NCBI GenBank assembly: GCA_963674745.2
Contig: CAXXDV010000003.1
Location: 2,176,001 to 2,240,000 of the forward strand
Direction of reading: 5' to 3'
From: Desulfosudaceae bacterium
Lineage (GTDB): Bacteria; Desulfobacterota; Desulfobacteria; Desulfobacterales; Desulfosudaceae
DNA length: 64,000 bases
In this document: piece by piece, positions 38,334 to 47,985 of the stretch
Numbering within the stretch: position 1 is the first letter of the stretch
How the letters are laid out: every line of letters begins with the position of its first letter
Notes under the pieces: generated by a model
Databases searched by the model: none
Told to the model about the DNA's origin: nothing
What the model saw: only the letters and a program-made list of their open reading frames with translations
Made by a program: the position numbers and the translations under genes

Positions 38334-40643
38334 TCAAAAGCCCGGGCCCTCATCAACCCGTGAGATATTCAGGTCAATCCGCTTGAGCATGTTTTTGAAT
38401 TTCGCATTATCCGGTTCGTATGCCATGGCTCTGCGAATAAAAGCCAGAGACCGTTCCGGATTGTCCAGCCATAACATCAAATCCGCGGCCCGATAGTACG
38501 CCTCACCATCGGGCAGACCGATTGTAAGGGCCTGCTGCATCAGTTTCATTGTCATACGCCGATCTCCCGCAGACAGCCATTTTTCGGCCCTGTTCATCGT
38601 CTGAATGGCATAGTCAATGCGTTCGGTTACGGTCCGAACGTGTGTATCGTTAAACCAGCCATCCGACGGTCCTGCAGGCTCCTTGAACAGCACGGGATCA
38701 TAAACGGGAAAATAAGGCACGATATATCCGGCGCAGGCCGCTTTTTCCTTGTCTGAGTCCAGGACCTGAAAAATCTGATAATACCTGTTCCGGTACACCA
38801 GCCTCAGCCGCCGGAAACTGTCCGGCGCAAAGTGCAGCCGGTAGGTCAGGTTGTTCCGGGGTACTTTAGACAGCCCCGCCAGATAACGTTTACCGTCAGG
38901 GTCGGCCTTTAAGAGGTTCCGGATGGGATAAAGATAATAATCGGTCTCCAGATCATCAAGCATTCGGTAAAGGGCATCTTCATCCTGGCCGAAAAGGGTC
39001 AGCAATATTTTCCGGTGCTTTTCCCTGATATCTTCGGCTTCCATCTTGGGATGCTGATTAATGGCCCGTCCGGTATAGGCCAAAATCGAGGGGCTGTTCT
39101 CTATATTACTTAAAAATACGGCCGTATCAGGGGTATGATGCCTTATCCAGTCCAGCATGTGCTTCTCATCTCCGGCATAAACCGCCAGACGCGGTCGTGA
39201 ATTATCGGCGCCAAGTTGTCTGGCCGTTTTCGCCAGATATGTGTTGTCCCACAACACCGCTTCCCGAACCTGAAAAATCAGGCACGCGGCCAGCATGATA
39301 CCCGATAGCCGGTTTTGATTAAAATAAACAGCCCGGTCCGGGGCAGCCCCTGTTTTTGTCCTGTCGGAGAGGAAAAGAAAGGCAACCGCCGTTCCCAGAA
39401 AAAAGGCGCTGAAGATAATCAGCCGCTGCGCCATGATGTTTGCCCCCAGAAACATGACGGCCAGAAAAATGACCATGAGCTCATCAAAACGGGCTTGACG
39501 CCGTTTGGTTTTAATAAAGCAGGCAAATGCCATCAGGGCCAGCGGCAGCAGCAGGCCGAAACGATAAATCAGAAAAAAAAACGGCGGGCTATTAAACGGA
39601 CCGTTCCAGAGAATGCGCCCTTCAAAGGGTAACATCCCCGGATTGTCGGGCTTGACCAGGAGGTTGGACAATTTGTATTTAAACAGCGCCCAGACATGGC
39701 CATAAACGGAATTTTCGGTTCCCAGAGAAAAGATCAGAAGGATGAGAACAACACCGGACGCCAGCAAAAACAGGCGAGAAAAAAAATTCAGGCCGATTTT
39801 CGTATCAATGAACAATACGATTACCACCAGAACGCCGGTCAGCACGGCCGGTGAAAAAAGCAGCGCGCTGGTTCGCATGACCGGTGACACCACACCGGCC
39901 GCCGCGACAAACACCAGGACCACAACCGCCGTGTTAAATTGATGCCGTTTGCCGCCGGTAAAAAGAAAGGCCCAGGCCATGGCGGCCCAGAACATCAACA
40001 GATAAAAGCGGGTAAAATGCCAGCAGACCAGGGCGGCGGTCAGGCAGACACCGGACAAGGCGGCCGAGACCATTGGATATGGCCGGCCCCGCAGGGCATA
40101 CAGGCAGGCGGCAAAAGACAGTGCCATCAACGGAAAAGCCGTGGCCTCGAGTTCATAAAACTGCACCCGCCCGAATGCCGCACCGGAAAAGGCATACAGG
40201 GCGGAAATATACAGGGCCGGCCAGGACCGGCCGCCAAGCGCCCGTACACACAAAAACACCGCCGGAACCGTCAGGCAGGAAAAAAAAGCGATAAAATAAA
40301 CCAGAAACGTGTACAGGGAAACATTTGGGAAAAAACCGGAAAACAGGCGGAAGGACAGGCCATGCAGATATTCCTGAAACAGCGTCAGCTCCCGGAAAGG
40401 GGTTATCCCTTCCGGCCATTGCGGTTTTTTATCAAACAGAGGGATCGGTTCGTCATCGGCCACCATCCGGGTATGCCGGAATTGAAACGCCTCTTCGGTA
40501 TAAAATGACCCGATATCCGCATCAATGTCATAATATGACAGTTCTTTGAACCGTTCCGCCCGATGAAACGCGGCACCGGTGATGATAACCGCCAAACACA
40601 GCCAAACAAAAAATGGCCGGTATTTTTCCTGGGGTATATTCAT
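38334..40643 (-). CDS. DPY19-like GT-C glycosyltransferase (C-mannosyltransferase homologue) with C-terminal TPR
   Basis: SFYTEE after TM1, D..PQWP loop, E..AFP, WHFTRF, HVW, DWIRHHT...AVF, GRAINQHPKME. These match DPY19 motif order as recalled. No STT3 WWDxG. Confidence 0.7.
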   Translation of the reverse strand: MNIPQEKYRPFFVWLCLAVIITGAAFHRAERFKELSYYDIDADIGSFYTEEAFQFRHTRMVADDEPIPLFDKKPQWPEGITPFRELTLFQEYLHGLSFRLFSGFFPNVSLYTFLVYFIAFFSCLTVPAVFLCVRALGGRSWPALYISALYAFSGAAFGRVQFYELEATAFPLMALSFAACLYALRGRPYPMVSAALSGVCLTAALVCWHFTRFYLLMFWAAMAWAFLFTGGKRHQFNTAVVVLVFVAAAGVVSPVMRTSALLFSPAVLTGVLVVIVLFIDTKIGLNFFSRLFLLASGVVLILLIFSLGTENSVYGHVWALFKYKLSNLLVKPDNPGMLPFEGRILWNGPFNSPPFFFLIYRFGLLLPLALMAFACFIKTKRRQARFDELMVIFLAVMFLGANIMAQRLIIFSAFFLGTAVAFLFLSDRTKTGAAPDRAVYFNQNRLSGIMLAACLIFQVREAVLWDNTYLAKTARQLGADNSRPRLAVYAGDEKHMLDWIRHHTPDTAVFLSNIENSPSILAYTGRAINQHPKMEAEDIREKHRKILLTLFGQDEDALYRMLDDLETDYYLYPIRNLLKADPDGKRYLAGLSKVPRNNLTYRLHFAPDSFRRLRLVYRNRYYQIFQVLDSDKEKAACAGYIVPYFPVYDPVLFKEPAGPSDGWFNDTHVRTVTERIDYAIQTMNRAEKWLSAGDRRMTMKLMQQALTIGLPDGEAYYRAADLMLWLDNPERSLAFIRRAMAYEPDNAKFKNMLKRIDLNISRVDEGPGF

Positions 40644-40659
40644 AAAATATAAATTCAGC

Positions 40660-42210
40660 CTATTGCGTCTCAGGGACGGCTTGACCCGCCCCCCCCCGGT
40701 TGTCCGGCGGCCGGGTCAGCACCTTTTGTTTCAGGTACAGATTAACCAGGTTGTTTTGTGCCGGCGTAAAACCGGGTGACAGCGCTAAAGCCGCTTTAAA
40801 ATGATTTTCCGCCCCCGCCCGGTCGCCCTTAGCTGCCAGAACCAGGCCCAGGTTGTTGTGAGCACCGGGTGAATCGGGCTTGATGGTAACCGCTTTTCTG
40901 AAATATCTTTCGGCCAGGTCCATGCGCGACTGCTTGCGCCAGGCATTTCCCAACCCGATAGCGGCCAGAAAATTCTGCGGATTCAATGACAGGGCCCGGG
41001 AAAACAGGGTCACACTGTTTCTGTAGTCGGCAACATGGAAATAAGCGGTTGTCGCAAAAAAAGCGACCAGCGTAAGGGCTGTCACCGTCATGACGCTTCT
41101 GCCCCCCGGTGAAACGACCCTTCTTGCCGGAACGATCCAGACCAGGGCGGACATCAGTCCCATCAGCGGTATATACATGTAGTGATCGGCCCGGGCCGGC
41201 CAGGGCCCGGATCTGACCACCCCGAAGGAAGGGATTAAAAATACCAGGAACCAGATCCATCCTAAAAAAACCATCGGCCGGCGATGACGATACCGGATGG
41301 CCGCCACCGTTAACAGCAGGATAAGAGTGCCGGAGACAACCGGCTGCCAGAGGGGAATGGACTCGGGGAAAGGGTAATAAACGGACAGTTGAAAGGGGCA
41401 TAAAACCTGGATCAAATAAATGCTAAACGAAACCAGAGCGTTGGCTGCCAGCATCCCGAATGTCATGACACCGTCGGACACCACCGGGCTGCCCCCCTGC
41501 CTTGCGGCCAGCACAGCCAGCAAACGGAGTATGGACAGCATAATGAACGGCAACAGGGTCATCATTTTTTGGCGGGCATTGGCGTCTAGGCATACGGGCA
41601 CGGGCGGGCTGTTGTCCTGAGCGTTAACCAGAAAAAAAAGGATAACCGGAACCATTACCGCCGTTGGTTTGGCCAGCAGCGCCAGGACAAACAGCACCAG
41701 GCTGAGCCCATACCCGCTTTTTCTCCGAGCCGTCAAGTAGCGCCTGAAGGCCAGCAGGGTAGCAATGATCAGCAGGGCGCACAGAAGGTTGGAGCGTTCC
41801 GCCACCCAGGCCACCGAATCCACGCCCAGGGGATGAACGGCAAAAAAGCCGGCCGCCAGCCCCGGCCGCCAGAACGCGCCGGTCAGTTGTACCAGCAGAG
41901 CGAAAAAAGACAACGTCACCAGGGCGTGAACAGCAACGCTGGTCAGGTGATGACGGCCGGCATTAAAGCCGGCCCAGGTCACATCGGCCATGTGGGAGAT
42001 TAAAGACAGGGGATAAAAGAAGACATTCTCCCGCCAGGCGGATGAGACGGCCCACTTTAAACCTTGCCGGGTTAAGCCCTGCCGGACATGAATATTTTCA
42101 GTCACCAGTTGGGGATCATCAAATCCCACAAATTCGAATTGCCGGGTCTGAAAATAAACCACCGCCACCAGCATCGCCAGGCAGGCGCTCATCAACAGGT
42201 ATCGCGTCAT
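40660..42210 (-). CDS. TMTC-like GT-C membrane protein with short TPR tail
   Basis: FVGFDD..LV.EN, HPL.VDSVAWVAER, LLAKP, ADHYMYIP, 2-3 TPRs (AHNNLG). Confidence 0.8.
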   Translation of the reverse strand: MTRYLLMSACLAMLVAVVYFQTRQFEFVGFDDPQLVTENIHVRQGLTRQGLKWAVSSAWRENVFFYPLSLISHMADVTWAGFNAGRHHLTSVAVHALVTLSFFALLVQLTGAFWRPGLAAGFFAVHPLGVDSVAWVAERSNLLCALLIIATLLAFRRYLTARRKSGYGLSLVLFVLALLAKPTAVMVPVILFFLVNAQDNSPPVPVCLDANARQKMMTLLPFIMLSILRLLAVLAARQGGSPVVSDGVMTFGMLAANALVSFSIYLIQVLCPFQLSVYYPFPESIPLWQPVVSGTLILLLTVAAIRYRHRRPMVFLGWIWFLVFLIPSFGVVRSGPWPARADHYMYIPLMGLMSALVWIVPARRVVSPGGRSVMTVTALTLVAFFATTAYFHVADYRNSVTLFSRALSLNPQNFLAAIGLGNAWRKQSRMDLAERYFRKAVTIKPDSPGAHNNLGLVLAAKGDRAGAENHFKAALALSPGFTPAQNNLVNLYLKQKVLTRPPDNRGGAGQAVPETQ

Positions 42211-42302
42211 GAAAAAAGGGTAACAGATCTTGTTAAGAAGGAACAGGATAAAATTCAGGCGCTTTTCATATCAGGAAGGGCTCATGTGCTTGAGGCCGAC
42301 GG

Positions 42303-44012
42303 CTATCGCCAGGTAGAACCGGCACGGTTAATATCCGTGCCGAAATTAGACTGGGGGTTAGCGGCAGTACCGTTAAACGGCGTGGCGATGTTCATGCTCC
42401 GGGTCCTGCAGGAGGCCGGAGAAGCACTAAACGTCAATCGCGCGTTACTGCCAGCGGTGCCATTATCGCCATAATCGAGATTGGGGATGATCCATTCTTC
42501 ACTGGCAGAGGATACTTCATCCACCAGGCTGCGGTTGCCGCAAAGCACGATTTTCGTGTAGGGAACGGATATATCATTTATAGCCCAGCCACCGGTATGA
42601 TCCGCCCCAGCAACGTCGGCGAAGCCGTCCGCATCCCTGTCCGGATCGGCCTCCCGGAAGCGGCCGACACGCAGCTCACCGAGAATATATTCTTTCCTTG
42701 ACGGGGTCGTGCGCACGGCTCCTGAGGTCGATGTTCCCATGGACGATACCCCGCTGTCCGGATAATAAACCGTCCGGGAATAATGGCCGCAGAGATAAGC
42801 GATCAGATAGGTATCATTACCGTTTCTGCCATCGCAGTTTCTGCTAGACGTGGCCACTTCAATACGCATGGGGCGGGTGGGGCTGGTATAGCCGATCTGA
42901 TTTTGAATGTAATTTTGGGTATTCATGTTAAAGTTACCGCCTCCGGCGCTGGCGGCGTACTGTCCGATATAATTGGCGCGGGTATAGCTTCGTTGATGAT
43001 GAACACCCTGAACAAATTCTCCCGAGATATTCCAGTCCGTGAGAAAAGCATCCGGATCGGTGGTATCGGTATATGTATAATAATACGTGGAATTAAAAGA
43101 TTTCCAGTTGGGGTATGGCGTTGTCGAATCGCCTTTGTCGATGATGTCGCCGGCAAACATAACGCCGTTGGCCGTGGCCTCCTGGCCCTGTAAACCGAAA
43201 AAGCCCAGGGTACCGCCGCCGGGCCGCAACCCCAGCTCGCCCCCGATACCGGTATTGCCGCGGATAATATCTGAGGTATAAGGGTTATAAACAGCATTTC
43301 CGGCGGTGCGATGCCAGTTTAACCCATCGCCGTTCATGTCGGCATTGGAGTCAACAAAGGGACTGGCGCTGGCGGAGCCAACAAAAAAAAGGCGCTGAAA
43401 AGATGAAAGGGGTGAAATAATGGAGTACATGAATTTGTGTTTGTTCGGATCGACATATTTTTCCGCCCAGAAAAGCTCGCCCAATTTTAAACCAAACACA
43501 TCGTAGGCCGTATCGCCGGCCGTGCCGGGCACCACGAACTGACATAAATCCCAGTTCCAGAACATGGCGGTACTACCGTAACCTGTCATGGAAATAATAA
43601 CGGCATCCGTCGCAAGGCCGGTTAAAGCAGTTGCCTGGCTGCCGACATCTATGTCAAAACCCAGCCAGTTCACGTTAATCGGCGTGTTCTCATCTTCAAA
43701 ACTGCCGCAGAAGGCCATGGAATGGGCACCGGCATCATTAGTGCCTAAATTCAGATATTGGGCATTGCTGTCATCGGTAATCACAAACTTGGCATCCCAG
43801 GTCGTATCGGGGGTCAGGTCCAGCAGGAAATCATCGACCTGTAACAGGGTGGCGTCAAGGTCCGTGAAGTAAAGGTTGACGCCGCTCTGGCCCATTACAC
43901 TCCCCAGGTCCTCGTTGGACAGGGGCTTCATGGCGTCAGCCCGGTTAACGGTAACGGCAACCGTGAACACCATCATTCCCACCATGATAAGTCTTTTGAA
44001 TAAACCAGTCAT
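42303..44012 (-). CDS. Secreted DUF6160/FilA-like protein
   Basis: Signal peptide ending ADA, then MKPLSNEDLGSVMGQSG; Gly/Ser/Thr/Asp/Trp-rich beta-type body. Confidence 0.65.
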   Translation of the reverse strand: MTGLFKRLIMVGMMVFTVAVTVNRADAMKPLSNEDLGSVMGQSGVNLYFTDLDATLLQVDDFLLDLTPDTTWDAKFVITDDSNAQYLNLGTNDAGAHSMAFCGSFEDENTPINVNWLGFDIDVGSQATALTGLATDAVIISMTGYGSTAMFWNWDLCQFVVPGTAGDTAYDVFGLKLGELFWAEKYVDPNKHKFMYSIISPLSSFQRLFFVGSASASPFVDSNADMNGDGLNWHRTAGNAVYNPYTSDIIRGNTGIGGELGLRPGGGTLGFFGLQGQEATANGVMFAGDIIDKGDSTTPYPNWKSFNSTYYYTYTDTTDPDAFLTDWNISGEFVQGVHHQRSYTRANYIGQYAASAGGGNFNMNTQNYIQNQIGYTSPTRPMRIEVATSSRNCDGRNGNDTYLIAYLCGHYSRTVYYPDSGVSSMGTSTSGAVRTTPSRKEYILGELRVGRFREADPDRDADGFADVAGADHTGGWAINDISVPYTKIVLCGNRSLVDEVSSASEEWIIPNLDYGDNGTAGSNARLTFSASPASCRTRSMNIATPFNGTAANPQSNFGTDINRAGSTWR

Positions 44013-44046
44013 GCGATTATCCTGTTTTCGGCCATCAAAGCCGGCT

Positions 44047-45282
44047 TTAATCGACGCTATTCAACCGCCAGGTGATGAACTCGTTTTCAAAATAGTGGTC
44101 GGGATCCTGCTCCAGGGGCGGCCAGTTGCGGTATTCGTTTACGCCGGCAATAACGTTCCAGCCGGAAAACCGCCGGTCGGTAATATCGACCATCAAAAAA
44201 AAGCCATGGTTCTTGTCCTGGAAATTACCCACAATGTTGTTGATCGATGTACCGTCGCCTCCGGACTGGATCTGGTTCATGTTGGTGTTGAACCAGAACT
44301 GTCGAAACGACCCCTGACTGGAGGTATCGGGATTAAACTGAAAACTTGAAAGCGACCAGAATTGATCAAGAATGGGATCCCGCTGCAATTGAAAACACAC
44401 CATATTGGTCAGGTCCGTGGCCTCGGGGGACAGCTTGGACATTTCGGCGTTCATCCAGCCGCTGGAAACAAGTGGCCTGACCGAAGAGTAACCATAAAGG
44501 CAGTTGGAGCCGAGGGCAAACCGCCTCAGCAGCTGGTCACTTTCCCCCCAGTTACTGAACTCGGCCCGGAGCACAAGGCCGTATATCCGCATGGGGTACT
44601 CTTCGCTGAAACCCATTTTGAGATTTTCCCAGTTAATGTCCCATTGGGTTTCCGGATGGTCACTGCATTGGGTTGAACCGAAATAATTCCATGGGCGAGT
44701 GGCTGACAAATTAACATATTGACCCAGAGTGATCCGGTTGCCGGTGCGGGCAGAGGAACTATAACGATCATGGATCCTGTCTTCCCGGTTACTGTTTGTA
44801 GATTCATATGGGTTATCACCAGCTGAGCCACCATAAGTAGCTGATATCTCTTGATTACCTCTGGTGTTTGATCTGTTCTGGGGGCCATAGACCATGGTGT
44901 AATCGGAATCCATGGAAGCCATATCACCCAGTTCCGAGACGGTCCGGGGATAATTCCCCATCTTGAGGGCGCCGATTTCGCCATAATTTTCAAGGTAGAT
45001 ATCACTGGAAAAACGGACTACGGTAACACTCTCGCCCATACCGGTATTTACGGAATCGTAAAAATCGTCCTGGCTGATGGCCATTTCAAGGAGATGTCCG
45101 CCTTCAAGCTCGCCCAGCTCGTGGTTGGTCATGGCATTAAGACCGGCCGATACTGGTAGAGACGAAAAAATCATCATCAAAATACCCAGAAGCGCCAGCA
45201 AACCGGGCTGAACGCTGCAACGGGCACATACGACATGTTTCTTTTTTACTGCACGACCTTCGATCTGAACCCCCATATTCAA
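44047..45282 (-). CDS. Secreted protein with DUF6160-like N-terminal motif; start uncertain
   Basis: Signal peptide ending VSA, then GLNAMTNHELGELEGG; Asn/Ser/Trp-rich; WDINWENL. Confidence 0.6.
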   Translation of the reverse strand: MNMGVQIEGRAVKKKHVVCARCSVQPGLLALLGILMMIFSSLPVSAGLNAMTNHELGELEGGHLLEMAISQDDFYDSVNTGMGESVTVVRFSSDIYLENYGEIGALKMGNYPRTVSELGDMASMDSDYTMVYGPQNRSNTRGNQEISATYGGSAGDNPYESTNSNREDRIHDRYSSSARTGNRITLGQYVNLSATRPWNYFGSTQCSDHPETQWDINWENLKMGFSEEYPMRIYGLVLRAEFSNWGESDQLLRRFALGSNCLYGYSSVRPLVSSGWMNAEMSKLSPEATDLTNMVCFQLQRDPILDQFWSLSSFQFNPDTSSQGSFRQFWFNTNMNQIQSGGDGTSINNIVGNFQDKNHGFFLMVDITDRRFSGWNVIAGVNEYRNWPPLEQDPDHYFENEFITWRLNSVD

Positions 45283-45321
45283 CCGCCTGAAATTGTATCC
45301 GCAAACAGTGTTTACTAAAAG

Positions 45322-45349
45322 AATCTACCAGATATGGAACCAATGTCAA
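45322..45349 (-). promoter_or_regulatory. Sigma-70-type promoter for the secreted-protein/TMTC/DPY19 transcription unit
   Basis: TTGACA-16 nt-TAGATT with an extended -10 TG. Confidence 0.5.
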
Positions 45350-45396
45350 GTATAATTTAGCCGTCCATCAGAAATGTTGACAAGGAATATGATTCA

Positions 45397-45717
45397 GTGG
45401 TTATGTGATTATGTGGTTATGTGATTATGTGGTTTCAGGGCCATGAGCCTTGTTTACGATTCCGTTATTATTCTATTCATATTGCTCATCACATAGACAC
45501 AAACTCGTAAATATCTTAAATCATAAAATTTAGGAAAAAATTCTGGCTGCGAAACGAAGATGACAAGATCAAAGCGTCACGAATCTAATACCGTGCGCTA
45601 AACAACATTGAGATTTCAAGGGACGCGGCGCAACACTGACATGGGGCTTTTTGTGAAGCCATCAAGAGCACTAACGATAGCACCTAAACACTTAATCACA
45701 TAACCTCCTAATCACAT
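45397..45717. repeat. Octamer inverted arms (45397-45434; 45681-45717) enclosing unrelated DNA, including a degenerate MITE-like segment (~45543-45665)
   Basis: gtggttatgtgattatgtggttatgtgattat ... cacctaaacacttaatcacataacc; inner segment ends ggctttttgtgaagccatcaa. Confidence 0.65.
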
Positions 45718-45731
45718 TTGTTGTCCGAAAT

Positions 45732-47981
45732 ATGTCGCACTGGCTTCACAAACATACCGGGGCATTGATCAAGGTCCGCGATCCATGGCGGACCTTGCTG
45801 GTGCTGTCAGTGTTGGGGATGATATGTGTAACTGTTTACGGCAACACGTTAAACGCGCCGTTTATGTTTGACGATGTGACCAACATCACCAAAAATCCCC
45901 GGATTTACATCCAGGCGCTGACCTTGGATTCCCTATCAGATTTTCTCAAGGATGATACGCTGAACCGTCCCCTGGCATATTTTACCTTTGCCCTGGATTA
46001 TTACGTTCACCGTTTTGACGTCACCGGATATCACATCGTTAACTGGCTGATCCATCTTGCAAGCGGTCTGCTGGTCTATTTTCTGACACGTCAGACGCTG
46101 CGGTTAATGAACAAAAACATTCCGGGCGCCCCATTTCTGGCAGCAGCCCTATGGATGACCAATCCCGTGCATACCCAGTCGGTCACCTACATCGTTCAGC
46201 GGATGAACGCCTTGTCGGCCATGTTCTACCTCGCCTCCCTGGTGTTTTACATCCGGGCCCGGACCGGCCAATTGATGGGTAAACGTCCGAAAAAAAAGTC
46301 ATTTATCTTATTTTTCCTGAGCGCGGGAGCGGGCATCTGCTCGCTGGCGTCAAAACAGATTGCCGTCACCCTGCCGCTGGTCCTGTTTCTGTATGAGTGG
46401 TTTTTTATCCAGGACCTGCGCAAAACCTTTGTTAAAAAGCAAACGGCCTGGATATTAACCATCGTTGCGGGCATCACCCTTTTGGCACTGATTTTTTTGA
46501 AAGGCAACCCGGTCTCGGCCATCATGTCCGACTATGACAAGCAGCCCTTTACCATGGGCGAACGTCTGCTGACCCAGCCCCGGGTGATTGCTCAATATCT
46601 TTCATTACTGCTGCTGCCCTTGCCGGAGCGCTTGAGCCTCGAGCACTGGGTGCCCGTCTCGAGAACCCTGACAAGCCCCGCCACCACCTTGCCGGCCCTC
46701 GGCCTGTTGATGCTGATAACGCTCACAGCCGTTCTCAGAGCCAAAAAAAACCGCCTGTTCGCCTTTACCGTGTTCTGGTTCCTGATCACCCTGGCCGTGG
46801 AATCTTCTTTTATCGGCCTGGCCTTAATGTTTGAACACCGCACCTATCTGCCCTCGGTCTTTCTGTTCATCACCATCACCTGCGGCCTGCGGCAACATGT
46901 CCGGCCCGGCTGGCTGGCAACGGCAACAATGATCGTGCTGATCGCTGTCTCCGGGTTTTGGACCCGGCAGCGAAATGATGTCTGGGCCGATGAGGTCCGG
47001 TTCTGGCAGGACAACATCAAAAAATCGCCCAAAAGCATCCGGCCCTACAACAATCTGGGTGTCGCCCTGGCTGTAAATGGCCGTTATGAGGAAGGTATCG
47101 CCGCCTGCCTGCAATCCATCGCCCTGTCGTCGCCGGCGACCAACACCGCCAACGCCTACAACAACATCAGCAGGATGTATCAAAAACAGGGCGACAGCAC
47201 CAGGGCCATTGCCTACGGCAGGCGGGCCATCGAGATTGATCCGGGTCTGGGCGAGGCGCACCTGAACCTGGGTAAAGCGCTGCTGGCAGAGAACGATCTG
47301 GACGAAGCCGTCACCCACCTTGAAAAAGCGATTGAACTGGCACCCCTTTTGACACCGGCATACACCATACTGGCGCAGGCGTATTACAGCAAGGATGGTA
47401 ATGTGGACAACGCCATCAATATCTGCCGCCAGGCCCTTCTGACTGATCCCGAAAATGCGGCTGCTGAAGTTTTCATGGCCGGCCTGTTACAGCAATCAGG
47501 GAAACCGCAGCAGTCACTGGCACACCTGCAGCGCGTTCTTGACAAGCACCCGGTAAATCCGCAGGCCAATCTCTATGCCGGCATAGCGTTCAATATGATG
47601 GGAAAACCGGACCGGGCGATCGCCCATCTCCTCCGGGCCGCAAAGGCCATACCGGACAACGCCCGGATTGAAAATGAGCTGGCATCGGCCCTGACGGCCG
47701 TCAACCAGCAGGCCATGGTGCTTGCCGGTCAAGGGCAGTTCAAAAAAGCCGCCGGCATTCTGGAAACGCTTGAAGCGCTAATGCCGGGGTCACCGACCGT
47801 CTCTTACAACCTGGCCTGCCTCTATGCCCTGCAAAATCAGGTTGATCAGTCGGTCCGTCATCTGAAAAAAGCACTAAAAAAAGGATACGACGACTGGGAA
47901 ACCCTGCGGACGGACTCAGACCTGGAGACTATTCGGGGGACAGCGATCTATCAGGAACTGGTTTCGCCCCAGGAGAGATAA
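45732..47981 (+). CDS. TMTC-like GT-C + TPR protein, paralog 1
   Basis: PFMFDD..NI..NP, RPL, NPVHTQSVTYIVQR, ASKQ, FEHRTYLPS, multiple TPRs, YNLACLYAL..GY.DW C-terminal cap. Confidence 0.85.
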   Translation: MSHWLHKHTGALIKVRDPWRTLLVLSVLGMICVTVYGNTLNAPFMFDDVTNITKNPRIYIQALTLDSLSDFLKDDTLNRPLAYFTFALDYYVHRFDVTGYHIVNWLIHLASGLLVYFLTRQTLRLMNKNIPGAPFLAAALWMTNPVHTQSVTYIVQRMNALSAMFYLASLVFYIRARTGQLMGKRPKKKSFILFFLSAGAGICSLASKQIAVTLPLVLFLYEWFFIQDLRKTFVKKQTAWILTIVAGITLLALIFLKGNPVSAIMSDYDKQPFTMGERLLTQPRVIAQYLSLLLLPLPERLSLEHWVPVSRTLTSPATTLPALGLLMLITLTAVLRAKKNRLFAFTVFWFLITLAVESSFIGLALMFEHRTYLPSVFLFITITCGLRQHVRPGWLATATMIVLIAVSGFWTRQRNDVWADEVRFWQDNIKKSPKSIRPYNNLGVALAVNGRYEEGIAACLQSIALSSPATNTANAYNNISRMYQKQGDSTRAIAYGRRAIEIDPGLGEAHLNLGKALLAENDLDEAVTHLEKAIELAPLLTPAYTILAQAYYSKDGNVDNAINICRQALLTDPENAAAEVFMAGLLQQSGKPQQSLAHLQRVLDKHPVNPQANLYAGIAFNMMGKPDRAIAHLLRAAKAIPDNARIENELASALTAVNQQAMVLAGQGQFKKAAGILETLEALMPGSPTVSYNLACLYALQNQVDQSVRHLKKALKKGYDDWETLRTDSDLETIRGTAIYQELVSPQER

Positions 47982-47985
47982 ACGT

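Noticed and set aside
38334..40643. STT3/PglB oligosaccharyltransferase
   Set aside because: No WWDxG motif; the QHPKME region and other motifs fit DPY19 better.
40689..40697. C9 tract as a phase-variation switch
   Set aside because: It lies in the last ~13 codons of the TMTC-like gene, so slippage would change only the tail.
42303..45282. RiPP/bacteriocin precursors (double-glycine leader) modified by the rSAM enzymes
   Set aside because: The proteins are 400-570 aa with Sec signal peptides and no peptidase-ABC transporter is present; DUF6160-like fits better.
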